From Candidatus Cloacimonadales bacterium (GTDB lineage: Bacteria; Cloacimonadota; Cloacimonadia; Cloacimonadales; JAFGVF01), in assembly GCA_963678315.1 (NCBI GenBank), contig OY782781.1, forward strand, positions 2,112,001-2,176,000: a DNA stretch of 64,000 nucleotides, in the 5' to 3' direction. The translations under genes and the position numbers were made by a program. The notes under the pieces are model-generated. The model was given only the letters and a program-made list of their open reading frames with translations, did not search any database and was not told where the DNA came from. Position 1 is the first letter of the stretch, and every line of letters begins with the position of its first letter. Below are positions 41,539-50,562 of this stretch, one piece after another.

Positions 41539-42690
41539 TTATTTGAAAGCTTCCATACCTGAGAAGTCTCTGTATAAGCTGAAGCTTTGTAGTATCTTTT
41601 CATCATCAGCTGTAGTCTTGTTCATAGCGATTCTAGCTAGAAGTTCACCTAAACCAGGTCCTAACATGAAACCTTGTCCGCACATACCGACAGCATTAAT
41701 ATAGTTTTTAATTTCTTTGGTTCTGCCAACAATTGGGAAACCATCAGGAGTCATAGGATATTGTCCTCTCCAAGTTCTTCTTAGTTTTAAGAATTTAAGT
41801 CTTGGGTAAATGCCTAACATTCTTTTTGTTACAAGTGGCAAGAATTCTGAAGTTGATAGATTATTCACTCCCACTATTGGAGGATCTGGTGTAATACAGA
41901 AGACTACTTGTCCTTCATGGTTTTGGTAGAAGTAATAATTTGCAGAACCTGGAGCTTTACGCATGTCAATAACCATAGGTTCAAAGAATCTTTGAACAGG
42001 TTCAGTAATGCCAGCTTCATGATTATCAGGGAAAACAGGAAGATCTAAGTCAATCATTTGACCAAGTTCTCTGGCATTGTTACCTGAAGCATTAATTAAC
42101 TCATCACATTCATAAGCATCTTTATCGGTAGTGACTTGTTTGATTAAATTACCTTCTCTCACAATATCAATTACTTTCTCATTAAAATGGAATTCAGCAC
42201 CATTCTCTTCTGCTTTGAAATGGAAAGCAGACATAGCTAAAAGAGGAGAACACGATCCATCTTCCGGACTAAAAGTAGAACCTTTAAGTCCATCCATATT
42301 GATACCAGGAACAAGTTCATTATATCTTTCAGGGCTTACCCATTCGATATTTAATCCCATTTCTTGAAGAGATTTAACCATGTTTTGAAGTTTTTCAGCA
42401 TCTTGGTCATTCCATGCAGGATATGAGTATCCATTGGATCTCCAACCTATATCAAAGTTGTGTTTTTCTTTCCAAGTAGAAAAAATCTCAATTGAACGCT
42501 GACAAACAGATAGTTTACCATAATCTGAATGAGTAGCTCTTACGCCACCAATAGCTTTTTTATTATTAGCTTGTCCTGGACCAGACATTTCATCTAAAAC
42601 TAGAACCTTCTTACCTTCTTCAGCTAAAAACATAGCAGTAGGAACACCCACTGAACCAGCACCAATTATAATTACATCATATCTTTTCAT
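41539..42690 (-). CDS. FAD-dependent oxidoreductase (DAO family; sarcosine oxidase beta / dye-linked proline dehydrogenase catalytic-subunit-like)
   Basis: IIGAGSVG, TPDGFPIVG, GMCGQGFMLGPG. The likely start is ATG 42690 (MKRYDV). Confidence 0.85.
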   Translation of the reverse strand: MKRYDVIIIGAGSVGVPTAMFLAEEGKKVLVLDEMSGPGQANNKKAIGGVRATHSDYGKLSVCQRSIEIFSTWKEKHNFDIGWRSNGYSYPAWNDQDAEKLQNMVKSLQEMGLNIEWVSPERYNELVPGINMDGLKGSTFSPEDGSCSPLLAMSAFHFKAEENGAEFHFNEKVIDIVREGNLIKQVTTDKDAYECDELINASGNNARELGQMIDLDLPVFPDNHEAGITEPVQRFFEPMVIDMRKAPGSANYYFYQNHEGQVVFCITPDPPIVGVNNLSTSEFLPLVTKRMLGIYPRLKFLKLRRTWRGQYPMTPDGFPIVGRTKEIKNYINAVGMCGQGFMLGPGLGELLARIAMNKTTADDEKILQSFSLYRDFSGMEAFK

Positions 42691-42694
42691 AATG

Positions 42695-44770
42695 CTACTC
42701 CTTGTCCTTTCCGGCTGCAAATACTTCTAGTTGTGCTTCAACGAAAACAGGTCTTTTAGTATTTGGTACAACATGGTCAGTTGGAACACCCTCTTGACGC
42801 ATGATTTGTTTAATCATAACTTCACAAGTTTTTGCACCACAAGGGCCCATTCCTGCTCTGGTGATAGCTTTCAATTGATTAAGGTCATATATTCCTTTCT
42901 TGATAAGATCACGAACTTCTTTGACAGTTACCCTTTCACATAAACAAACCATTCCTTCATCAGATAGGTCTTCAACTATGGCATTGTCTAGAGCTTTGGT
43001 TATCTCTAAATCTTGTATTCTAAAAGAAGCTACCTTTTTAGCAATCTCTCTATTGGCTTGAACTTTAATTAATTGAGTTCTTTGTTTTGCAAAAGATTGA
43101 ACTTTTACTACTGGGAATTGACCAAACTCATTACCGTTAATGTCATTTAATTTAACTAAAGCACCTTCTTTAATTTCTATGTTTCCTACTTCATAAGGAA
43201 GAGTGATAATAGGTTTTTCTTTATCCTTACGGTAATCAACAAGTGTTATTGCTAGACCTGGACAGATAAGAACGCACTTTCCACAGCCAATACAGTCACT
43301 AGTATATCTTGGAGTTCCCATAATACCATCACCGTCTATCTTGATAGCGTTAACTGGACAAACAGTTGTACATGGGTTACATGGGATTTCTTGTAAACAA
43401 TGAATTACAGGGAATATTCCTTCTTCTATATCAGGAGTGTTATAATCTTTGATTTTGCCAGGATGTGATTTTAAAATATTAGCTTTATCATACCAGTCCT
43501 GAGGAACATCATCAACATTAGCTCCCATAATCTTACATATCTTCAAACCAGCAATTTTACCATTAAACATTGCAGAAGAAGCTTCAGCTATTTCAAGAGC
43601 ATCTCCAGCTGCCATAACAGGTAGACCTGCTTCCTGAGCTTCTTGAGTAAACTCACTTAAAGAATCTAAACCAACAGCCATAAGAATAGTATCACACTCG
43701 AAACTCTTTTCAGTACCCTTGATAGCTTGGAATTTATCATCAACTTCTATTATAGTAATCCCTTCAACAGTCTCATCACCATTAGCACTTGCAATACTAT
43801 GAGAAGTGTAAATAGGAACACCTAATCTCTTTAGTTTATCAGCATGAACCTTATAACCACCGCATTGTTTTGCAGCTTCAACAAGTCCAACAACATTGAT
43901 GCCAGCCTGTAAAGCATGGTAACCTGCAATTAGTCCAACATTACCACCACCAACAATAAATAACTTTTCGGTAGGTTTAACAAAATCTCTGTTAACTAAA
44001 GTCTGAAAAGCACCTGCACCATAAATACCAGCTAAAGTATTACCATTGAAACGTAAGAACTTCTCTCTAGCTCCAGCTGCATTTAACACAAATTTAGGAC
44101 TAACTAATTTATAAACGCCATCCTTTAAAATACCAACCTTCTTATCGCTAAATACATATAATACTGTGGAATTTACCCATACCTCAATAGAATCCATTGC
44201 CATAACTTCATCAGCTAGGATTTGTCCAATATCATTTCCTCTAGTACCAGCTCTTGAATCAGCTTGTGAACCGAAGAATTTATGGGTTTGTAAAACTAAT
44301 TTACCACCTAATTTATCTTTATCATCAATGATTAATGCCTTGATACCCTCTTTGCCCATTTCTATTCCAGCAGAAAGACCAGCAGGTCCACCACCGATAA
44401 TTAAGACATCAGTTGTTAATTCTTCAATATTAGCTACACTTATAGTATCATCTGTTTCAGGTAAGCTAGGTAAGCCTTCTGCACTTTCAACAATCATGTT
44501 TTCCTTAACAGGTGTCATACATGATTTAACAGGTATACCGTTAGCTATTACTGTACATTTTGCACATTGTCCATTTGCACAGAATATACCTTGAGCAGTA
44601 TTGTCTACATGATGATGACCAAAAGCTTTTACTCCATTTGCCATTAAGGCTGAAGCAATCATTTCTCCCTTACGAGCTTTAAATAATTGTTTGTTCCAAT
44701 AAAAATTGATGTACTCATTAGTTTCCGGAACATCTAGGACCGGATGTTTTTTTATACGTTTTTCCATCAT
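42695..44770 (-). CDS. Multi-domain Fe-S flavoprotein (2Fe-2S + FAD/NAD oxidoreductase + 2x[4Fe-4S] + BFD-like 2Fe-2S); proline dehydrogenase/sarcosine oxidase alpha-like
   Basis: GIFCANGQCAKC, IIGGGPAG, IVGGGNVG, CNPCTTVCP, CIGCGKCVLICP, CLCERV...GMGPCGAKTC. The likely start is 44770 or 44767. Confidence 0.85.
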   Translation of the reverse strand: MMEKRIKKHPVLDVPETNEYINFYWNKQLFKARKGEMIASALMANGVKAFGHHHVDNTAQGIFCANGQCAKCTVIANGIPVKSCMTPVKENMIVESAEGLPSLPETDDTISVANIEELTTDVLIIGGGPAGLSAGIEMGKEGIKALIIDDKDKLGGKLVLQTHKFFGSQADSRAGTRGNDIGQILADEVMAMDSIEVWVNSTVLYVFSDKKVGILKDGVYKLVSPKFVLNAAGAREKFLRFNGNTLAGIYGAGAFQTLVNRDFVKPTEKLFIVGGGNVGLIAGYHALQAGINVVGLVEAAKQCGGYKVHADKLKRLGVPIYTSHSIASANGDETVEGITIIEVDDKFQAIKGTEKSFECDTILMAVGLDSLSEFTQEAQEAGLPVMAAGDALEIAEASSAMFNGKIAGLKICKIMGANVDDVPQDWYDKANILKSHPGKIKDYNTPDIEEGIFPVIHCLQEIPCNPCTTVCPVNAIKIDGDGIMGTPRYTSDCIGCGKCVLICPGLAITLVDYRKDKEKPIITLPYEVGNIEIKEGALVKLNDINGNEFGQFPVVKVQSFAKQRTQLIKVQANREIAKKVASFRIQDLEITKALDNAIVEDLSDEGMVCLCERVTVKEVRDLIKKGIYDLNQLKAITRAGMGPCGAKTCEVMIKQIMRQEGVPTDHVVPNTKRPVFVEAQLEVFAAGKDKE

Positions 44771-44853
44771 AGTCTCCCAAATTGGATATATTTTTCCAAA
44801 ATTGTGATTATTTTGAAGAAGTGTCAAGTGGAAAGTAGAAAATTATGATTATA

Positions 44854-45040
44854 AGTTAACAATCTTTAGGATTCGGAGTCTTGATAAAGTCAAGACTCTT
44901 TGTTTTAGCTTTATTTTTACAAAAATAAATCGATAATAGATTAGTTAAAACTTTAGTCGAAGACGTATTGTAATACTTCGAGTGCTAAAGATTTAGCTAA
45001 GATATGTCGAATCTAAAAATGCTCGACATTTATGTTAACT
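44854..45040. other. Multi-hairpin intergenic element (candidate ncRNA or miniature repeat element)
   Basis: Terminal agttaaca/tgttaact inverted repeat enclosing four stem-loops (see findings). Confidence 0.4.
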
Positions 45041-45100
45041 AGCTTGCTATTTTCAACACCATGCCTTTTGTTAAAAGTCTGAGTCATTTTAATATAACAA

Positions 45101-45469
45101 TTATTTTAGTTTTTCGGATAAGGCAATACGATTCCCTTCCGAATCCTTAAATTCTGCAACATAACCAAACTCGCCTACTGATGTCTTTGGATAGATTCCC
45201 TCTCCACCATTTAAAACAGCCTTCTGTAAAGTCTCATCTATACTATCAGTGTTGAAATAAATAAACACTCCAGATAGTGTAGGCTTATAAACATCTCCTT
45301 TTACTAGAGCACCTGTAATTCCATCCTCCTTTCTATCAAATGGAAAGAAGGCCATCTCTAAACCATCAACATTATCAAGAATGAAGTCATAGCCAAAGAC
45401 TTCTTTATAAAAATGCATGGCTCTTTCTAAATCTAAAACAGGTATTTCAAAGTATCTATAAAGTGACAC
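45101..45469 (-). CDS. VOC/glyoxalase family protein, probably 5'-truncated by the Mu-like insertion
   Basis: YFEIPVLDLERA..FY..VFG and FKDSEGNRIAL. The GTG start lies inside the putative transposon end. Confidence 0.8.
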   Translation of the reverse strand: MSLYRYFEIPVLDLERAMHFYKEVFGYDFILDNVDGLEMAFFPFDRKEDGITGALVKGDVYKPTLSGVFIYFNTDSIDETLQKAVLNGGEGIYPKTSVGEFGYVAEFKDSEGNRIALSEKLK

Positions 45470-45824
45470 CCAACTTTTCCATCTGCAATAACGATGTTCT
45501 AATCTTTTAAAGTCTTATTTTTTAGTATCTTGCACCTATTTTACATCGTTTTTTCAAAATTTCCATTTTAAACGCTTTCGAGGTACATTTCTGCCGTTCA
45601 GATTACAGTTTTACAGGAGCTTTGTAGGTGTGGAAATATGGGTGTCATCTCTAAAGCATTATAGATTAGTAGTTTATGGACTATTTTATTTTAGGGTTGA
45701 ACTGAAATCGTTTTTTTTCGTTTTTTCAGGGTGAAAAAGCGATTTCGATGTCTCATTTTAGGTGAAATAGCGTAAAAACGATTTTGAGATTGTGACAGTG
45801 TTATTTCCATTTTGCAAAAACGAT
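45457..45824. repeat. Putative transposase-binding sites of the element's left end
   Basis: gtgacacccaacttttccatctgcaataacgat (45463-45495) resembles gtgacagtgttatttccattttgcaaaaacgat (45792-45824); inverted copy tggaaatatgggtgtca at 45631-45647. Confidence 0.6.
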
Positions 45825-45883
45825 AAAAGTGGTACCTTTTTTTTTCATATTATCACATCAGATTATTTATCATAATATTTCTA

Positions 45884-45913
45884 TTGACATATCGAATACT
45901 AGGGTGCTATATA
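45884..45913 (+). promoter_or_regulatory. Sigma70-like promoter of the left-end accessory gene
   Basis: TTGACA (45884-45889) and extended -10 TGcTATATA (45905-45913); AAGGAGGT RBS before 45941. Confidence 0.5.
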
Positions 45914-45940
45914 TCTAATGTATTCACATAAGGAGGTAAT

Positions 45941-46582
45941 ATGAGTCTACAATCAATTGTTAATGAAATTTATTTACAAGACAGTATCAGAGTTGAAATT
46001 GACTTATGGTTAACAGGTCAGTGGTCTTTACAAAGAAAAAGAAAAAAAGAATCGATTACTTTTAGAAATTTTAAGTATAGAGATCTTTGGCGTGAATCTA
46101 ATTTAAGTATTGATTCATTGAGATCATTGTTATATAAAAACTTAACAAAAGAAGTTAACAATGAAATAAACAAGCCAATCATCGAAGAGGCTAGTGAATA
46201 CTTAAAAAGTATTTATAGTAAATATACTGATCAATACATTAGAAATGAAGTTTTATTCCAGATTTTTAAAAACTATTGCTTTGAAGTTAAAATAACACTT
46301 TCTGAAGTTTTGAAATGTTTAACTGATAAGGACTGCAATCTGATTCTTTCAAAATTATCTTTTGGAGAAATTAAGGAAGAAAATCAAACAATCATAATGA
46401 GTTATAACTTGGTTGAGAATAATGAAATTGTTGATGAGCATATATTCACTATCGGTAAACATATATTTACATTGCTTAAAGATAAGTGCAATAAAATTAC
46501 ATTTGATGAATTAGAAAATGAAGACCCTAACGAAGATACTTTAAAGAGATCAGAAAAATTTTCATGTCATAATGATTATTAA
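45941..46582 (+). CDS. Hypothetical protein (prophage accessory/moron)
   Basis: 213-aa ORF with a strong RBS, convergent with the repressor; no family recognised. Confidence 0.7.
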   Translation: MSLQSIVNEIYLQDSIRVEIDLWLTGQWSLQRKRKKESITFRNFKYRDLWRESNLSIDSLRSLLYKNLTKEVNNEINKPIIEEASEYLKSIYSKYTDQYIRNEVLFQIFKNYCFEVKITLSEVLKCLTDKDCNLILSKLSFGEIKEENQTIIMSYNLVENNEIVDEHIFTIGKHIFTLLKDKCNKITFDELENEDPNEDTLKRSEKFSCHNDY

Positions 46583-46605
46583 AACTAATGATCAAAAAAC
46601 TAAAT

Positions 46606-46663
46606 AACATATCTTAGCTAGGCGTTTAATTCATACAACTAGAGCTCTAGCTAGGATATTGTT
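46606..46663. terminator. Stem-loop between the convergent moron and repressor genes
   Basis: atatcttagctag ... ctagctaggatat inverted repeat. Confidence 0.45.
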
Positions 46664-46675
46664 ACAAAAATATTA

Positions 46676-47404
46676 TTAAATCACCCTAAACAAGAATACC
46701 ATCTCACCTAAGATCCTGAAAGTCTCAAGTTCGTACTCTTCTATTATTATTACATCAAAATCTGGATTTAAAGGTTTCAGGATAACCCTCTTCTTCTCAT
46801 TATCGAATTGTAGCTTTTTAAGTGTCACTCCATCTGGAGTCTGACAAGCACTAATCTTGCCATCAAGACAAGGAATATCCATACTCTCTTTGATTACGAC
46901 TATATCCCCATGCATAATTTTAGGCTCCATACTCCTGCCATTAATTTTGAGAGCAATATACTTATCCTGGCTGTCTGAAAGATATGCTTTAGGTATCTCA
47001 ATATATTTTGATGGAGACTCATCATAACATTCTAATGGTTGACCTGCTGAAATCTCTCCATATATTGGGAGAGTAATATTTCTAGAATCGAATAGATTTA
47101 ACTTATGTTTAAAAACAGAATTATTACCTGTTAACTCTTCAATGTTCTTTTTTTGACCTTCTCCATATAGATTGCCATCAGCATCAGCAACAAACATTCC
47201 ACCTTTGCCAGTTAACAACCAATTTAAGTTCAAACCATAGCATTCATTTATTCTCGCCATGGCAGATGCCGAAGGTTTACTTGCTTTTTTTCTGTTCACC
47301 CAATCAGAAAGATTTCCTGGGGTTACCTCAATAGTTTTAGCAAAATCGGATCGCTTTATGTCTAGTGCATTTACGAACATTAACAGCCTATCTTTTATGT
47401 CCAT
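46676..47404 (-). CDS. Prophage repressor: XRE HTH + S24 (LexA/CI-like) peptidase domain
   Basis: HTH with LNWLLTGKG; SAG cleavage site, GRSMEP (Ser) and TLKK (Lys). ATG 47404 follows an AGGAG RBS. Confidence 0.92.
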   Translation of the reverse strand: MDIKDRLLMFVNALDIKRSDFAKTIEVTPGNLSDWVNRKKASKPSASAMARINECYGLNLNWLLTGKGGMFVADADGNLYGEGQKKNIEELTGNNSVFKHKLNLFDSRNITLPIYGEISAGQPLECYDESPSKYIEIPKAYLSDSQDKYIALKINGRSMEPKIMHGDIVVIKESMDIPCLDGKISACQTPDGVTLKKLQFDNEKKRVILKPLNPDFDVIIIEEYELETFRILGEMVFLFRVI

Positions 47405-47433
47405 TTCATCTCCTATGTTAAGCACAACTTAAT

Positions 47434-47547
47434 ATTCGCATGTGTGCATAGTTATGCGAATGACTGAATTCTTTCCTTGACTTCATTCGCATTTATATTA
47501 TACTAACTTTAAATATACATTCTTTGCAACATTGCGAACAGTGTCAA
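47434..47547. promoter_or_regulatory. Immunity/switch region with repeated TTCGCA operator half-sites and opposing promoters
   Basis: ATTCGCAT-N12-ATGCGAAT (47434-47461), ATTCGCAT at 47485, TTGCGAA at 47532. TTGACT(47477)-N16-TATACT(47499) on plus; TTGACA (47547-47542) on minus. Confidence 0.6.
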
Positions 47548-47567
47548 TAAAAATTTAGGAGGTTCGG

Positions 47568-47810
47568 ATGAGATCACCGTACTATCCAGCTGAAATAAAG
47601 TCAGCTATGTCTCTTAAAAGCATTACTATTAGGGAAATGGCTGAACAGCTTTTGGTCTCCAGGAGAACTATAGAATATTTTATTAATGAAGGTCGTAGAC
47701 TAAGACAAGCACAGGTTTTCTTAGAATTACTACAGCCTGAGCTTCGCGAAATCAGTAAAATCTATCGCAAACACACTAACAAAGATATTATAAGCTCTGA
47801 AAAGAGATAG
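47568..47810 (+). CDS. Ner/Cro-like HTH DNA-binding protein
   Basis: PAEIKSAM...ITIREMAEQLLVSRRTI; first gene of the early operon, divergent from the repressor. Confidence 0.7.
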   Translation: MRSPYYPAEIKSAMSLKSITIREMAEQLLVSRRTIEYFINEGRRLRQAQVFLELLQPELREISKIYRKHTNKDIISSEKR

Positions 47811-47812
47811 TT

Positions 47813-49831
47813 ATGAGATATAGAGAACTATCAATCGAAGAAATACAAAAATTATTTGTATTAAGTAAAGCAGCTGCATATCGAATGACTAAAGCACATG
47901 AATGGGATTTCATCAGCGAGACATTAAAGAAAGGTGGAAGAAAGAAACTATATTTAGTTCCTGCTGATGCAATACCTGAAGAAGAGGAGCTAGCTAGACT
48001 AGTTGAGAACTCTTCCCTACCTGATGATGTAGAGTCAGATTTAGTCGAGTTTGATAATCCAGTAAATGATTTTGTACCACAAATAGTATTTTCACAACAT
48101 GAACTTTTAAGAGCTCAGTTAAAAGCTGAACTCTGTGAGAAAATATTATCTGAATATAAAAGACTAGGTGTTAAAAAGCATGCTGTTGATGAAGTGTTAG
48201 AAGTTTATAACTCAGGACTGTTATTACCAATATTATTCAAACTTGAAGGCTCTAGGACAGCACGTTCTATTCGTATGTGGCTTAAAGACTATGAAGATAA
48301 TGGCAGAGACTATAAAGTTCTGATTCGTTTATCTAAAGCATCAAGTATTAAGAAAGCAACTCTTAAGGAACAGAACTTTTTACTGGGACTATTGTTAGAT
48401 GCTAACAAAGTTAAGATTGGCACAGCTATTAGGAAGTTAAAGCAGTTTAGTAGACTTGGAGCTATTGAATCAGACACAAGTGGAAGAGCTCTTAGACGTT
48501 GGTGTGAAGAGTGGCGAGATAGTAACATACAACAGTGGAATATACTTCGAATGGGAGAAAAATATTCTAAGGACAACTACATATTTAGCCTTACACGTTC
48601 AGATGAACTAAACGTAGGCGATGTATGGGTTGCTGATGGTCATCAACTAGCCTTTGATATTATTGATCCTGATTCAGGAAAGCCTAAACGTATGATGCTT
48701 TTACTATTTTTTGATTGGGCAAGTAGATATCCTGTTGGAGCTTCACTTGCTAATACTGAAGACTCAGAGCATATCTTACTAGCATTAAGAAATGGTATCC
48801 TGCACTGGAATGGCAGACCTAAGTATGTCTATCTTGATAACGGTAGAGCTTTTAAATCTAAACTGTTCCATCAAAAATGGGATGAGCATAATCTTGAAGA
48901 TGAATTCTGTGGAGTATTCCCAAGATTAGATATCAAAGCAGAATTTGCTAAAGCCTATAATGCTAGAGCAAAGGTTGTTGAGAGATTCTTTAGAACATTC
49001 CAAGAAGATTTTGAACGCTCTATGAATACCTTTAGAGGTGCCAGTATAGCAGATAAACCTGCCTTCTTAATGAGAAACGAGAAGTGGATAAAAAAGCTCA
49101 AAAAACGTGAGCCTGTAACTATTGAAGAAGCCAAGAGTATGATGTCATTCTATTTTCAAGAGATGTATGGAAAAACACCCCATGGTGGACTTGCAGGTAA
49201 AACTCCTCTGGAAGTATTTAGAGCTAGTGAAGTACCTGAAGAGAGAAAGATTGAAGACTCTGAACTTAACTTCTTAATGTTGAAGATTGAGCAAAGGAAA
49301 ATTAGAGCCAATGGAGTTCAGCTCTTCAGTATAGTCTATTATCATGATTATCTCATGAACTATGTTGGGCAAAAAGTTTCACTACGCTATGATTTAATGG
49401 ATATGCGATCAGTTTTAGTCTATGATAAAAATGGCAAGATTATATGCCAGGCTTTAGCTAAGAAGAGTGTTCATCCATTTGTTAAACTTGCTGAGAATGA
49501 ACCTTTAGCTAAAAAGCAATGGCTTAAACAACTAGCTCATCAAAGAAGATTAGAGAAAGATGTTAAAGAAAAATCAGCTCTAATCCAAAAGCAAGTTCAA
49601 GAGGCAATTTCAGAGTTTGAACTACCAATTCTTAAAATAACAAACAGTGCTTTTAATGATTCAAGCATGTTAACACATAAAGCTACTTTTAATCCAAGCA
49701 TTGACCTTGATAAAATGGCAGAAAGTACAGCACATATAATTTCAACATCACAACAACTACCTATTAAAACAATAGAAGAACGAGGACTTGAGAATCTCGA
49801 TAAAATGCTTAAACAGATCGGTATAGATTAG
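47813..49831 (+). CDS. Mu-like DDE transposase (MuA)
   Basis: N-terminal Mu-type HTH (GGRKKLY); DVWVADGH, YLDNGRAF and AKVVERFF (D-D-E); Mu transposase C-terminal domain (VSLRYD..D...V.VY). Confidence 0.93.
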   Translation: MRYRELSIEEIQKLFVLSKAAAYRMTKAHEWDFISETLKKGGRKKLYLVPADAIPEEEELARLVENSSLPDDVESDLVEFDNPVNDFVPQIVFSQHELLRAQLKAELCEKILSEYKRLGVKKHAVDEVLEVYNSGLLLPILFKLEGSRTARSIRMWLKDYEDNGRDYKVLIRLSKASSIKKATLKEQNFLLGLLLDANKVKIGTAIRKLKQFSRLGAIESDTSGRALRRWCEEWRDSNIQQWNILRMGEKYSKDNYIFSLTRSDELNVGDVWVADGHQLAFDIIDPDSGKPKRMMLLLFFDWASRYPVGASLANTEDSEHILLALRNGILHWNGRPKYVYLDNGRAFKSKLFHQKWDEHNLEDEFCGVFPRLDIKAEFAKAYNARAKVVERFFRTFQEDFERSMNTFRGASIADKPAFLMRNEKWIKKLKKREPVTIEEAKSMMSFYFQEMYGKTPHGGLAGKTPLEVFRASEVPEERKIEDSELNFLMLKIEQRKIRANGVQLFSIVYYHDYLMNYVGQKVSLRYDLMDMRSVLVYDKNGKIICQALAKKSVHPFVKLAENEPLAKKQWLKQLAHQRRLEKDVKEKSALIQKQVQEAISEFELPILKITNSAFNDSSMLTHKATFNPSIDLDKMAESTAHIISTSQQLPIKTIEERGLENLDKMLKQIGID

Positions 49832-49839
49832 GAGATCAC

Positions 49840-50553
49840 ATGCGAGAATATACCTTAGCAAAAACCAACAACGTAAAAAAAGGCTACGAGCTTTTTGATT
49901 ATCTAATTAACAGACCTAAAACTGAAATGGTTGGTCTTGGACTTATATATGGTCCTCCAGGACTTGGTAAAAGCAGATTTGCACGCCAGACAGCTATTCA
50001 AAACAATTATATATATTTCAGATTAGAAGCTACTATGACAGCTAAAAGCTTTGCTAGTAGGTTACTTGAACGAATATACTTCCATTTTGGAATGCCTAAG
50101 ATTGGTATAAAAGGAAGTGCTAACCTAATTTTTCAAAAATGCTTAGATATTTTGAGAAATATTGATAATACAATCATAATTATAGATGAGATAGATTATG
50201 CCTTTAAAGACAAAAAGGTTTTAGGCAGTATTCGTGATATTGTAGATGAAACATTGTCTATCATTATCCTTGTAGGAATGTCAGATGCTAAAGAGAGTCT
50301 ACTATCAGCTGATGCTCATTACTTTGATAGATGCAACTTCTTCTGCCAGTTTAAACCACTTGATGTTAAGGATTTAACACTTTTATGTAAAGTGGCATGC
50401 GAAGTTGAAGTAGATGATATAGTTATTAAACATATAGCAAAAAGAACTAAAGGTAATATCAGGAAGTTTATAAAATCACTCTACTCTTTAGAAAACTTAG
50501 CTGAAGCTCAAAATCTTACAATTATAAAACCACAACATTTAAGCTCATTGTAG
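49840..50553 (+). CDS. MuB-like AAA+ transposition ATPase
   Basis: GPPGLGKS Walker A, IIIDEID Walker B, GNIRK; directly after the transposase. Confidence 0.9.
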   Translation: MREYTLAKTNNVKKGYELFDYLINRPKTEMVGLGLIYGPPGLGKSRFARQTAIQNNYIYFRLEATMTAKSFASRLLERIYFHFGMPKIGIKGSANLIFQKCLDILRNIDNTIIIIDEIDYAFKDKKVLGSIRDIVDETLSIIILVGMSDAKESLLSADAHYFDRCNFFCQFKPLDVKDLTLLCKVACEVEVDDIVIKHIAKRTKGNIRKFIKSLYSLENLAEAQNLTIIKPQHLSSL

Positions 50554-50562
50554 TAGGTAACC

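Noticed and set aside
44854..45040. Integron attC site
   Set aside because: The structure is multi-branched rather than a single R/L-box hairpin, and there is no cassette array or integrase in the window.
47813..50553. Tn7-like/CAST (TnsB-TnsC) transposon
   Set aside because: No TniQ/TnsD or Cas effector is present; repressor/ner, DUF3164, terminase and MuF indicate a Mu-like phage.
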